From an uncultured Methanomicrobiaceae archaeon (GTDB lineage: Archaea; Halobacteriota; Methanomicrobia; Methanomicrobiales; Methanoculleaceae), in NCBI GenBank assembly GCA_963826525.1, contig CAWGXH010000004.1, positions 1,600,001 through 1,664,000 on the forward strand: a stretch of 64,000 nucleotides of DNA, given 5' to 3'. Position 1 is the stretch's first letter, and each line of letters begins with the position of its first letter. The notes beneath the pieces are model-generated. The model made no database searches. It was given only the letters and a program-made list of their open reading frames with translations, and was not told the DNA's origin. The position numbers and the translations under genes are program-made. Shown here piece after piece: positions 34,167-45,899 of the stretch.

Positions 34167-34974
34167 TTACTTGACACAATTCTGTATAAGTGTCTTTTCA
34201 ATGTAGGCCTTCACGTCATCTTTCGGACATCCGTACTCCTGACAGAGCAGTTTGTTGGAAATTATCGGAGGAAGCGATCGTTCGGAAAGATTTGTAAATC
34301 TGACGTCTAACCCATATTTTTCCAATACATCGGCAACTTCATAGTGACACACGTTTTTTCCCGAAGCAATGTTGTATATGATATTACTGCCGGATTCCGG
34401 TATGCGTAGTGTATAGAAGATGACATCGTCAATCGATATGTAATCCTTTCCACTATCTCGTGTCTGATTCATCACAACGCGTGCCGAATGTAATGCTTGA
34501 TGAAGTATGTCTCCCAAAAAATTTTTGCGTGTCATCTCCCCCCCAAACACGTTTGATAATCGAAGAATCTCTGTGTTCTTCTCCCGAAACAGCACACACA
34601 AATTTTCACCCAGTAATTTAGAAATATTATAAATCTCGGATGGTTCGCAAACATTTACTTCCACGGGTGTCTCCTTCATCAACGATATCGGCGTTTATGT
34701 GATTGTATACGCGTGTCGACGAGAGATATACAAAACTATCAAATTTGCCCCTTTCTAAAATTTTTCTTAAATAACATACGTGAGCATCAAGGGTTTCACG
34801 CGGGCGTTGCACAAATCCGCTGGTAATACCAACTGCATAGACGACATCACCCAGATTCTTTCTAGGTATTTTACCTCGCTCAAGGAGTATCTGTTCTTTT
34901 TCAAGAGCAGAAGGATGCTTTACGATGCTTGAGCCGATGTATCCGGTATGACCAAATACTGTAAGTCGATCCAT
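34167..34974 (-). CDS. NAD-dependent epimerase/reductase (SDR); frameshift
   Basis: VFGHTGYIGS; YLSSTRVY; YNISK; LRLSNVFG; YNIASG. Confidence 0.85.
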
Positions 34975-35467
34975 TATTCGCGCTCTCTATATCCTATGAT
35001 CCTCAAAGGATCGCCGACATTTACGGAGTAGGCAGGGACTTCGCCCTTTACCAGTGATTGAATCCCGGTTACAGCCCCTTCATGGATATGCGTTCCGTCC
35101 ACAACTAACAATTCGAACCAATCCATACATCATCCTCAACAACTATGCCCCCTTTACTTGGCTTAAACCCTTGATTCAGGATTAATGCCTTTCCATCCTT
35201 ATACTCATGATTAACCGGAGCAAACGTGACGTTGCCAGCAATAAGGACATTATTTCCAATCTTAATTCCGTTTCCTAAATAAAACAAACAGCCGGAGTTA
35301 ATATAACAGTTGCTTCCAACAATGAAGTCGCCGCCCCCTCCCGCCGCTTTAACTTTTACAAATGAGTCTACTTGTGTGTTTTCGCCGATAAGGATACTTG
35401 ATCCTTTTATGGAGTTTTCAATATCCGCAAGCGGAGATATTTTTGCCGAACTGTGGATCTGTATCAT
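34974..35467 (-). CDS. hexapeptide-repeat (LbetaH) acyltransferase; frameshift
   Basis: IKIGNNVLIA; NHEY; IVVEDDVWIGSN; C-terminal VGDP.RII. Confidence 0.85.
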
Positions 35468-35498
35468 ACGCTCTCACCAACTGCATCACCGCCGCTCT

Positions 35499-36726
35499 TC
35501 AAAGCACCCTCAACTCAGGGATTGCAACGACGAGATCGCAGCCCCACTCACGCGTAAACCCAAGTTCCGCAACAATTTCATCACTGATATTCCATGGGAA
35601 GATGATGATGACATCGGGTTTCTCTTTGTAAAGCGTTTCTTTATGTACAATAGGTATGTGCGATTCAGGGAGATACCTCCCCTGTTTATGGGGAGAGGCA
35701 TCAACAACAAATTCAATCAGATCCGTTCCCTTGATGCCGCAATAATTCAACAATGTATTCCCTTTTGCTGCGGCACCATACGCAGACTCTTTTCCCCTCT
35801 CTTCTTTGCTCCAGCAGGAATGAGAGAAATGAGTGTTTGATTGCGTCCGCCCTTTCCTGGAAGGAAGCATAGGTTCCGATGTCCAGCAGGCCAAACTCCT
35901 GCTCTTTATTCTTCATGGAGTCCACACCCGGGGTCATGCCGTGCAATCCATCATCGACGTGGCAGGCGTAAATTCTCAACGAGCCACCATGGGTGGACAA
36001 TTCTTCAACATCATAGATTTTCAGACCGTGCGCAGAGAATATATTCTCGACGGCAGTCAACGAAAGATACGAGAAGTGCTCATGATATATAGTATCAAAC
36101 TGGTTGTGCCGGATTAGCTGCAAAAGATGGGGGAATTCCATCGTTATTGTCCCGGTATCCGAAAGTACGGCCTTCAACCCTGCAACAAAATTATTTATAT
36201 CAGGTACATGCGCCAAAACATTGTTCCCGATAATTAAATCCTGTTTTCCACGCTCCGTAGCGATCCGGTCTGCCAGATCCAAGCCGAAAAAATCAACTAT
36301 CGATTCAACGCCTTTTTCCTCAGCTGCTTTTGCCGTGCCGGCCGAGGGCTCGACCCCGAAGCAGGGAATTCCTTTCGCCATGAAGAATTGAAGCAGGTAT
36401 CCGTCATTGGACGCAATTTCCATTACCCGGGAGGATTCAGTGAGTGACAAACGCCTGCAGATCATCTCGACATAATCTTCCGCGTGTCTGACCCAGGATG
36501 TGGAATATGAACTGAAGTAAGCATACTCTGCACTAAAGATTTCGTCTGACTTTTTGTATTCGTCAACCTGGACAAGCCAGCAGCGATCGCAAACAAACAC
36601 CTTAAGTGGAAAATATATCTCCGGCTCACTCAACTTTTCCTGTGTAAGATAGGAATTTGAGGGTGGAGCATTCGTCAAATCAATAAATACCTTATCCAGT
36701 GTGTGACCGCAGAACCGGCACTTCAT
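35499..36726 (-). CDS. NDP-hexose 3-C-methyltransferase (Methyltransf_13/14 type); frameshift
   Basis: CRFC..C..CWLVQ Zn site; Y.YFSS.S; EIASNDGYLL; NNVLAHVPD; FDTIYHEH; THGGSLR; YGAAAKGNTLLN; PWN. Confidence 0.92.
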
Positions 36727-37273
36727 AGTAGCACTCCCTGGAACTCATCGTCAATCATTTTATGGCATCTGTCCCTCTCGGACACATCCGTCGGTTCCAG
36801 AGGCCATCGGATCGCGAGCAACGGATCAGCGTAGTTCAGTGCCCCCTCATGCTCGTGAGAATAGAATTCGCTATGAAGATAGAGCATCTCCGAATGCTCC
36901 TCAAGTACCTGAAATCCATGGGCAAAACCTTCGGGAATACACAGCATCTTCATGTTCTCGGCATCAGTTTGAGACCAAACCACGTGAGGTACGTCGGAGA
37001 ACTCTTACGGACATCGACGATAACGTCGTAGACCGCACCATGAATACAGCGCACACATTTCATCTCCGCTTTCGGCGGATACTGGAAGTGGAGGCCCCGA
37101 ATAACTCCTACAGCATGAGTTCTGGAGAAATTGACATTCACAAAATGCCGGTCCCCGATAATTCCGGAAAGCTCCTTTTCACAGAATAGCCGGGCAAAGA
37201 CACCCCTTTGATCGAGAAAGGGCTCTGTTTCGATAACCGCGGCACCGGCCAGGGGTAATTTGCGGATCTTCAT
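36723..37273 (-). CDS. rfbC: NDP-4-keto-6-deoxyhexose 3,5-epimerase; frameshift
   Basis: DQRGVFARLFC; RGLHFQ; DVIVDVRK.SPT; IPEGFAHGFQ. Confidence 0.9.
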
Positions 37274-38356
37274 GCAACACCGCCCTCATATGCCTCAATA
37301 TCGTCGAAACATGCGACCTGCATGGATTCCTCAGTGCCGTCATAGTATTTCTTATACCAAGCGGTGGTTCTTTTGATCGCCTCGCTAAGACTCCACCGGG
37401 GTGTCCAGCGCAGCGTGTGCACCGCTTTATCGATAGACAGCCGCAGAACGGAAGCTTCGTGAGGTGCATCTAAAAGGGCTACCCGTTCCCAACAGCCACA
37501 TCCCCACTCTCTGCAAAATTGATCCATCAGGTCGGAAACTGGACATTCATCCCTGCAGAGAGGGCCAAAATTCCATGCTGAACAGAGTTCGGGATTACTG
37601 CTATGCGAGATCTTTGCACCCAGCAGTAAATAACCAGCCAGGGGTTCCAGAACGTGTTGCCAGGGGCGAATGGCATTTGGGTTTCTGACGAGAATTGATT
37701 TGCCGCCCGACAATGCCCGTACAGCATCGGGTATGATTCTGTCCTCTGCCCAGTCTCCCCCTCCAATGACATTCCCTGCTCTCACCGTAGCAATGTTCAC
37801 GCCATGCTCATCCAGACGGTCTGTAGGAAAGAAAGACTGTCGGTACGATGAGATGGCTATCTCTGCAGCTGCTTTACTTGCGCTATAGGGATCGTAACCC
37901 CCCATTGGATCGTTTTCACGGTAGCCCCATACATGCCCTTTATTTTCATAGCATTTGTCACTGGTTACCATAAGTGCGGAGCAGGGATGGCCAAGTTCCC
38001 GTAGACCTTCCAGGACATTCAGGCTACCGATAACATTCGTTTCAAATGTTTCGACAGGACACCGATAACTTTGCCTGACCAATGGCTGAGAGCAAGATGA
38101 AAGATAAAATCCGGATCTGCTGCTTTAATGGCGGTTTTCAGCGCTCTTTTATCGCGTATATCCGCAATGATCTCACCTGAAAGTAATTCAGCCACAGAGG
38201 ATACAGTGTAATTACTGGGAGTGGTATCTGGGAGAGAGAATAGCCTACTAAGTTTGCTCCCATTTTGGAAAGCCACAGAGAAAGCCATGATCCTTTGAAA
38301 CCAGTATGGCCTGTGATGAAGACATTCTTGCCGTTGTAGGTTGACGTTAAGTCCAT
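37270..38356 (-). CDS. rfbG: CDP-glucose 4,6-dehydratase; frameshifts
   Basis: ITGHTGFKGSWL; TSDKCY; GGYDPYSASK; RAGNVIGGGDW; RPWQHVLEPL. Confidence 0.93.
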
Positions 38357-38363
38357 ACTCTCA

Positions 38364-39141
38364 TCAATCCCATACCTTCCACTTGCTCTTGCCCTCACTC
38401 CACATCTGGTTCAGTTGCTGCATATCACGCAGTGTATCCATACATTTCCAGAACCCTGTATGCTTATAGGCGAATAACTCTCCATCCTGACTGAGGTTTT
38501 CAAGTGGATCCTTTTCAAAAACCGTTGCACCTCCATCACGTAAGTAATCAAAAACACCCGGTTCACAGACAAAAAACCCAGCATTAATCCAGGACCCATC
38601 ACCTGCAGGTTTCTCGAAGAAACGTTCTATCCTTCCACTATCATTTGCAGAAATTGAACCATACCGTCCTTCCGGTTGTACTGATGTTACGGTTGCCAGA
38701 TGACCGTGTGAGCGGTGGAACGCAAGGAGTTTTTCAAGGTTAACATCAGAAACACCATCTCCATAGGTCAGCATAAAAGTCTCATCACCCACATAATCCC
38801 TCGCCTTGAGAATACGCCCCCCGGTCATCGTATTCAATCCGGTATCAACCAGAGTCACTTTCCAGGGTTCACAGTAGTTATGGTGTACTTCGACTTTGTT
38901 TTTTGCGAGATCTATCGTCACATCACTTTGGTGGAGGAAATAGTTTGCAAAGTATTCTTTTATCACGTATCCTTTATACCCAAGGAGTACCGATGAAATC
39001 ATTAAAACCATAGTAAGAATATGTTTTCATTATATGCCAAAGGATTGGTCTGCCACCAACCTCTACCATCGGCTTGGGAATTGTTTGTGTTTCTTCCGCA
39101 ATTCGTGTACCAAATCCACCTGCAAGAATAAGGACTTTCAT
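38364..39141 (-). CDS. rfbF: glucose-1-phosphate cytidylyltransferase; frameshift
   Basis: [24 protein letters not shown]; DTG..TMTGGR; TYGDG; WINAGFF; [11 protein letters not shown]. Confidence 0.95.
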
Positions 39142-39147
39142 AGTTGA

Positions 39148-39393
39148 TCACTTGTTATATACATTCTTGGATATGGGCATCTTCTCTAAATTGGCGAGCT
39201 TACCGTTGTGCGAGAAGCATCTTGCTCCGGGCTCACTCGGGCCGACATAAATCGAGTCAATTCTGCTGAAATTGAACATAGATGAATGCCACACAAGACC
39301 ATGCACTTCGAACTTCTTATTGAGGAAAGACTCCGTGAGATCTGAACCACCCCGACCTTCAGTCCCTTCGATCAATTGGGTTTTTTCAATCAT
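39148..39393 (-). pseudogene. gmd: decayed N-terminal fragment of GDP-mannose 4,6-dehydratase
   Basis: LIEGTEGRGGSDLTESFLNKKFEVHGLVWHSSMFNFSRIDSIY...PGARCFSHNGKL parallels the Gmd pattern LITGITGQDGSYLAEFLL.KGYEVHG..R..S.FNT.RID..Y...LHYGDL. Confidence 0.7.
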
Positions 39394-39608
39394 TTCTGCC
39401 TCTCCGAAGTAGAGATCACTATGGTCATTCAATCCCATCGAATGGAAATCAACTAGATATAGAGGGATTATAACTCCACAGAGTATTCTTCACTGTGATT
39501 GAATTAAGTTCTTTTGGAAATTGTGCAACATGGCACAATTTCATCAGAGAGTTACTTTGTCAGTGTTACTGCCGTGCATTTCGCTTAGACCAGTAAGCGA
39601 CCAGCATG

Positions 39609-40649
39609 TTACAGCAGTTCATTTTCATCCTCATCCCTCTTAGCATCTCCTCCTAGGATGTCGCCCACATCAGTCCCCCGAATATCTGTTATGACTCGAA
39701 CTCCTGTTCTCACCGAACTGATTATATCTCTAAATAGCAACATAAATCCGAATATAATTGCAAATAAATATCTTCTTGTAATTGCTCTTCGAATAATCAG
39801 TAATACGATCCACATTTTTTCAAAAATGGTGAGATCGAATTTGTATTCAAATAGCATTTTGATCGAGTGAAAAACCAAGGAAATGTAACCTAAGTAATTA
39901 TTGATTTTATGAAGACCCATGACTTGTGTTGTGTTTTTCGGAGAACGGCCTGCAAAGCCTGGCCCATTGATAAATAACCCTGGATCAGTTTTTCCAATTT
40001 GTCCATGCAAAGCAAGGAATAAAATAAATGCGTGATCTTCACCAAAAAAATTTTTGAATTTATATGAACGTGCGACACTCGTTTTCGTCAGACTATAGAA
40101 TTCAGTATTTCGATATTGGTTAAGAAGTAGTTTTCTAATGCCAGAAATCTTTTTCATGCCAACTGTCGTTATATCTGATGCCAATATCTCTTCTTGTTGC
40201 AAAGTGCCATTTTTTTTCGCAGCCTCACTATAACACAAGACAAGCGAATCATTATTGAAAAATTCCTTTAGACACCTTTCAATGTAGATATCTTTCCACT
40301 CGTCGTCATCTGCTGCCCACATGAAGTATTCGCCAGTAGGCTTCTCGAGGACAAATCTAAAATTATAGGTGGGCCATTGTTTCTCTCCCTGCCGATAATA
40401 ATGGATTCGGGGATCGTTCGCCATAAACTCCCTGACCACCGTCTCGGTTTCCGATCCTGGTGAACAATTATCCGAAACGATAATCTCCAGATTTTTGTAA
40501 GTCTGTCCGGTAATGCACTCTAATGTACGTCGCAATCCGTTTGGTCTGTTATATGTTGGGATCCCTACGCTGACAAGGGGTTCAACTGGTAAGATTTTCT
40601 GAAGGTTACTCAACACCCGCCACCTCTTTCCCCGCATCACAGATATCAT
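39609..40649 (-). CDS. GT2 glycosyltransferase
   Basis: VSVGIPTYNR; EIIVSDNCS; YFMWAADDD. Confidence 0.9.
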   Translation of the reverse strand: MISVMRGKRWRVLSNLQKILPVEPLVSVGIPTYNRPNGLRRTLECITGQTYKNLEIIVSDNCSPGSETETVVREFMANDPRIHYYRQGEKQWPTYNFRFVLEKPTGEYFMWAADDDEWKDIYIERCLKEFFNNDSLVLCYSEAAKKNGTLQQEEILASDITTVGMKKISGIRKLLLNQYRNTEFYSLTKTSVARSYKFKNFFGEDHAFILFLALHGQIGKTDPGLFINGPGFAGRSPKNTTQVMGLHKINNYLGYISLVFHSIKMLFEYKFDLTIFEKMWIVLLIIRRAITRRYLFAIIFGFMLLFRDIISSVRTGVRVITDIRGTDVGDILGGDAKRDEDENELL

Positions 40650-40913
40650 TCACTTTCAAATATCATGCTCATCCCGCATGGCACATTCCCCTCAGGTGAC
40701 GAAGCCCGGTCCGAAACCGCATTGCGTCTCTGGCTCGCACAAGCTGAAGTAAATGCAGCGCAAGCAGGGTGTGGAATTAGAGGATGAAATGACAGACGCA
40801 GATCTATCTTGGATCTCTAAAGATCTCTGTTCTCTCATTATAACCATGAAAACTATTTAGGTTATTTGCTCTAATATTCTGTGTGTGGTATCCCGAATTA
40901 ATTTTACATATAT

Positions 40914-42630
40914 CCCACCTTTCGCACTAACTCGAGCCCTTCGCCGAATTATCAAACCGCAAGATCCTTGTACTTTCAGGAAAAACCTCTGCTGTGCTCA
41001 CGTCTGCTGACTTCATCGAAGGGTCAAACGTCTCGATCGGCCATCTCAAAATCGTCGCCGGTGCTTTCGACACCCTCGGCATCGCTGGGGTCATCGATTG
41101 TGCCATTCCAAAGACGCGGCAGCACCATCTCACCCACGGCCAGCTTGTCAAAGCCATAGTGCTCAACGGCCTTGGGTTCGTGGAAAGGCGGCTCTACCTC
41201 TACCCTGAGTTCTTCTCGGACATCGTCATCGACCGGCTCCTCGGCGACGGCGTGACGACCGACCACCTCAATGACGACGTCCTGGGCAGGACGCTCGACG
41301 CGATCGCCGCCTACGGCCCGACCGAACTCTTCAATAAAATCGTTGCGGAGTGTCTGCTCGCCAGCGACTACGGCACGCACTGCCTCCACGTCGACACCAC
41401 CGCTTTCAGCGTCAGCGGCGAGTACTACGCCAACTTCGACTCCCGCGACATGACTATCACCTACGGCCACCCCAAGGATGGCCGATGGGACCTCAAGCAG
41501 TTCGTCCTCGGGATGGCGACCGATCAGCATGGCATCCCGCTCTTCCTGCAGACCTTCTCCGGGAACGAGTCCGATAAGAAGACGCTGCTGACGATCATCA
41601 CCCAGTTCACCGAGAACCTGCAGTACCCGGGCAAGGTCTACCATATCGCCGATGCTGCCTTCTACACCGCCGAGAACCTCGCCACCCTCGGCACCCGCAC
41701 CTTCTTGATCAGCCGGGTACCGGCGACCCTGAACGAGGTGAAGGATCTCGTTGCCGCAGACCTCGTCCTGCACCCGTATGCGGATGATCGCTACCGGTAT
41801 GTGGAGCATGCATCCGAGTATGCTGGCATCCCGCAGAAGTGGGTCGTCTACCATTCAGCACCGATGCAGGAGCAGCAGGAGAAGACGTTCGCAAAAAGGC
41901 TGGAGAAAGACAAGAAGAAAGCTGAAACGTCACTCCGGAAACTCGGGGCACGAGAGTTTGCCTGCGAACCGGATGCCCGGATTGCTGCCGAGAAGTGGTT
42001 ACAGGAGCACTCCCAGTTCTGCTTCACCTCGATGGACATTCGAGCAATTACGTGGAAGAAGACAAAGAAACGCGGCAGGCCGAAGGCGGATGAGCCGGTG
42101 AAGACGGTCTACACCGCCTCTGCAGAGATTGAGTACGACCCCGCGGTTGTCGAACCCCCCGACAGAAACTCGGCCGGTTCGTCTTGGCGACGAACGACCG
42201 GCTCTCTCCCCGGACGAGCTGCTCGCGAACTACAAAGAGCAGGGTACGGTGGAACGGGGGTTCCGATTCCTCAAAGACCCCGTCGTTCCGGGTGGCAGAG
42301 GTCTTTTTGAAGAAGACGTCACGCATCCAGACGCTGGCGATGATCATGGTGCTCTGTCTGTTTATCTATTCGATGACCGAGTTCCGGCTCCGCCGAGAAC
42401 TGGAACGGGTTGGCGAGACGGTCACCAGCCAGACAAAAAAACAGACACAACGGCCAACACTGAAATGGACGTTCTTCCTGTTCTGGAGGGTGAGGGAATT
42501 CGTGCTTGTTGCGGATGGCGAGCGAGTGAAACGGATAACGAACCTGAATGAAGAACTGAGGAAGATTCTCGGACTGCTCGGAAGCGAGTACAAAGATACT
42601 ATCTTTGAGTGGAGACCTGCGGAATGTGAG
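40914..42630 (+). mobile_element. IS1634-family insertion sequence
   Basis: Imperfect terminal inverted repeats CCCACCTTTCGCA (40914-40926) and TGCGGAATGTGAG (42618-42630) enclosing the transposase; GC-rich against the AT-rich left flank. Confidence 0.85.
40994..42610 (+). CDS. IS1634 DDE transposase; frameshifts in the 3' part
   Basis: LNDD.LGR.LD; HVDTT.FSV.GEY; GH.KD.RWDLKQF; GNESDK; ADAAFY; YKEQ..VERGFRFLKDP; end coordinate approximate. Confidence 0.9.
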
Positions 42631-42840
42631 GTTTATCATCGCATCTTTTGTGAGGGATCACGAGGAAAACTGCTCGACCTTCAATGAGCGAAACCATAGG
42701 CCGGTCATCAAGCATTTATTACAAAGAATGCCGCACTTATAGAAAGGGGAAGTAGACCGTAGGAAGATGTGCCTGCACATGAAAGCCCGTGTGATGTCTA
42801 TAACAACAGGAACCGAACGAAAATCGGACGGAGAGATTGG

Positions 42841-43721
42841 ATGAAAGTTCTCGTATTAGGTGCTACCGGGATGCTCGGTCACAAGATATTACAGTCGTTG
42901 TCAGGGCAGTCCTCTGTGAAGGGCACTATCCGAGGTGATAGATCGGCATTCCCTGTGGATACTCTCCGAAAGCATAATCGATCATGTCGACGCGGATGAT
43001 ATTGCCGGAGTTGAAAAGGCAATAGAGGAATGTAAACCCGATGTCGTCGTAAACTGCATCGGCATCGTCAAACAGTTGCCGGCCGCTCAGGATCCCCTCC
43101 GGAGCATTGCGATAAACGCCCTCTTCCCGCACCAGCTCGCATACATCTGCCGAGCAAAGGGGAATTCGTCTGATCCATATCAGCACGGATTGCGTCTTTT
43201 CAGGTCGGAAAGGGAATTACAAAGAGGATGAGTTTGCCGACGCTGACGACCTGTACGGGCGGACGAAGTACCTTGGCGAGGTCGATTACGAAAACGCCCT
43301 CACGCTCCGCACCTCGATCATCGGCCGCGAACTCGGGAGCAGCCACGGTCTGATTGAATGGTTCCTCAGCCAGGAAGGAAGGACGGTCAGCGGCTACACC
43401 AATGCGCTATTCAGCGGCCTGACGACGAACGCTCTCTCAGATATCATTGCCACTGTCATAATGGATTATTCGGAAATGCGCGGTGTCTGGCACGTTGCAT
43501 CCGAACCTATCAGTAAGTACGATCTGCTCAAACTGGTAAAAACTGTCTATAATGTCGACATTGAGATCCTGCCGGACGATTCGGTCGTGATCGATCGAAG
43601 CCTTGACGGAGGCAAATTACGAGAGAATACAAATATTATAATTCCTCCCTGGCAAAAAATGATCGAGCAGATGCATCAGGATCCTACACCGTACGGAACA
43701 GCGAGGTCGAAAGAATGCTAA
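42841..43721 (+). CDS. RmlD-like NDP-4-keto-sugar reductase (WbvR/QnlA-like); frameshifts
   Basis: MKVLVLGATGMLG; NCIGIVKQ; INALFPH; HISTDCVFSG; YGRTK; RTSIIG.EL; ISKYDLL. Confidence 0.88.
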
Positions 43722-44773
43722 CAGACAAGACAATACTGGTCACCGGAGGCACGGGATCGCTTGGCAAGGTCCTTATCAGACGGTTACTTTCAGGTGAGAT
43801 TGGTCAGCCGAAAAAGATCATCGTATTTTCCCGCGACGAAGCAAAACAGCACTTTATGCGGATGGAATACCTGAACCGCACCACGGCTACCGATGAAGTG
43901 ATCTACAACAACTTCAAACGCATGCTCGAGTTCCGTATCGGGGATGTCAGGGATTTCCATAGCGTAAGCAGGGCTCTTCGGGGAGTGGATGTCGTCTTTA
44001 ACACCGCAGCATTGAAGCAAGTTCCTTCCTGTGAATACTTCCCATTCGAAGTCTGTTTTGACAAATATTTCCGGCCCGAGAATATTGTTAGGGCAATACG
44101 TGAACAGAACCTTCCAATCGATACTGTTGTTGGCATTTCAACGGATAAAGCCTGCAAACCCGTCAATGTCATGGGTATGACAAAGGCGATTCAGGAGCGC
44201 GTATTCATTACAGCGAACCTGGATTGTCCCGGTACGCGCTTCATCTGCGTACGGTACGGGAACGTACTCGCATCTCGCGGCTCGGTGATCCCGCTGTTCC
44301 ATGACCAGATCCTGAGCGGCGGCCCCGTTACCATTACAACCTCAGATATGACCCGTTTCCTGCTCAGCCTTGACCAGGCGGTTGACACGATCTTTGAGGC
44401 AGTAACGTATGCACACCCGGGTGAGACCTATATCCCCCGTGTCCCCTCGGCAAAGGTGACTGATATTGCCACCGCCCTTATCGGAGACCGTCCCATTAAA
44501 CTGGTCACCACCGGCATTAGGCCCGGGGAGAAGATCCACGAGATTCTTGTCTCCGAAGAGGAGGCGCATCGCACTATATCCCGTGGCGATTACTATGTCA
44601 TCCAGCCAATCCTTCCCGAAATTCGCAGAGAGGCAGAGCCAGGGCTGACTCTTGGCAAGGAATATGGTTCATCCGACAACCTGATGACGCCGGAAGAAGT
44701 GCACAGTGAACTGCACCGGCATGGTCTTCTTCTTGAGGATCTGGAAACAAACGAGGGTGAACTGCTCAGATGA
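43715..44773 (+). CDS. UDP-GlcNAc 4,6-dehydratase (FnlA/WbjB type)
   Basis: TGGTGSLG; FSRDEAKQ; AALKQVPSCE; STDKA..P.N.MG.TK; VRYGNV..SRGSVIP; GIRPGEK.HE. Confidence 0.92.
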   Translation: MLTDKTILVTGGTGSLGKVLIRRLLSGEIGQPKKIIVFSRDEAKQHFMRMEYLNRTTATDEVIYNNFKRMLEFRIGDVRDFHSVSRALRGVDVVFNTAALKQVPSCEYFPFEVCFDKYFRPENIVRAIREQNLPIDTVVGISTDKACKPVNVMGMTKAIQERVFITANLDCPGTRFICVRYGNVLASRGSVIPLFHDQILSGGPVTITTSDMTRFLLSLDQAVDTIFEAVTYAHPGETYIPRVPSAKVTDIATALIGDRPIKLVTTGIRPGEKIHEILVSEEEAHRTISRGDYYVIQPILPEIRREAEPGLTLGKEYGSSDNLMTPEEVHSELHRHGLLLEDLETNEGELLR

Positions 44774-45868
44774 AGGTGATGACCGTCCTGGGCACCCGGC
44801 CTGAAATCATCAGGCTAAGCCGGGTTATCCCGAAGCTGGATCGACTCTGTGAGCACGTACTGGTTCATACCGGGCAGAATTACGATCCGAACCTCAGCGA
44901 GATTTTCTTTGAAGAACTCGGCATTAGAGCCTCCTGACTATTTCCTTGGGGTTCAGGGAAGATCGTTCGGTGACCAGATTGGTCAGATAATCCGTGCGTC
45001 TGAAGAGATTATGCAGGCCGAGCAGCCGGACAGATTGCTCATCCTCGGCGACACAAACAGTAGTCTTTCGGCAATTGTCGCAAAACGCATGGGAATCCCG
45101 GTCTACCACATGGAGGCCGGGAACCGATGTTATGACGACCGTGTGCCGGAAGAGGTCAACCGGCGGATTATCGATCATTCGAGCGACATTCTGCTCCCAT
45201 ATACTGAGCGGAGCCGGGCGAATCTCCTGCGGGAAGGAATCTGTGGAGAGCGCATCTTTGTGACGGGAAATCCGATTTACGAAGTGTTGCAACACTACCG
45301 GACCTCTATCGACGCTTCCGATATCCTTGAGCGACTGGATCTCGAGCCGGGTGCATACTTCCTTGTCACCATGCACCGGGCTGAAAATGTCGATATCGAG
45401 TCACGCCTTCGTGCATTGATGGCAGCACTGGAAAGACTCTATCAGATATATGGAACTACTATCGTCTGCAGCCTTCACCCCCGTACGCGGGATACAATGA
45501 AACGGTTCGGATTACCCGGGCAGACGTATCCCGGTATACAGTTCCATGCTCCGTTCGGCCTCTTCGATTTCATTCATCTTGAGCAGCATGCCCGCTGTGT
45601 ACTGAGTGACAGTGGAACCGTCCAGGAAGAGTGCTGCATATTCCATGCCCCGAATGTCACTATCCGTGATGTGACCGAACGACCGGAGACTATCGAGAGC
45701 GGGAGTAACATGTTGAGCGGAGCGGACTGCGATACTATCGTGCGCGCTGTCGAATGTGTGCTGTCGCAGGACTCCGGCTGGGATGTGCCGGGTGAGTATA
45801 CGGTAAACGGGGTCAGTGACAGAGTAGTAAAAATTATTCTGGGCTACGGTCCGGAAAGAAGAAAGTGA
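44770..45868 (+). CDS. non-hydrolysing UDP-HexNAc 2-epimerase (FnlC/WbjD/QnlB type); frameshift near 44920
   Basis: GTRPEIIRLS; HTGQNYD; LGDTNS; HMEAGNRCYD.RVPEE.NR; SDSGTVQEE; TERPE. Confidence 0.92.
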
Positions 45869-45899
45869 CGCCACTGCCGCAACGGATGTGCCAGTTGTC

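Noticed and set aside
40690-40725. GTGACGA...GAAAC resembling a hammerhead core
   Set aside because: The core should be CUGANGA, and stems II and III do not form convincingly
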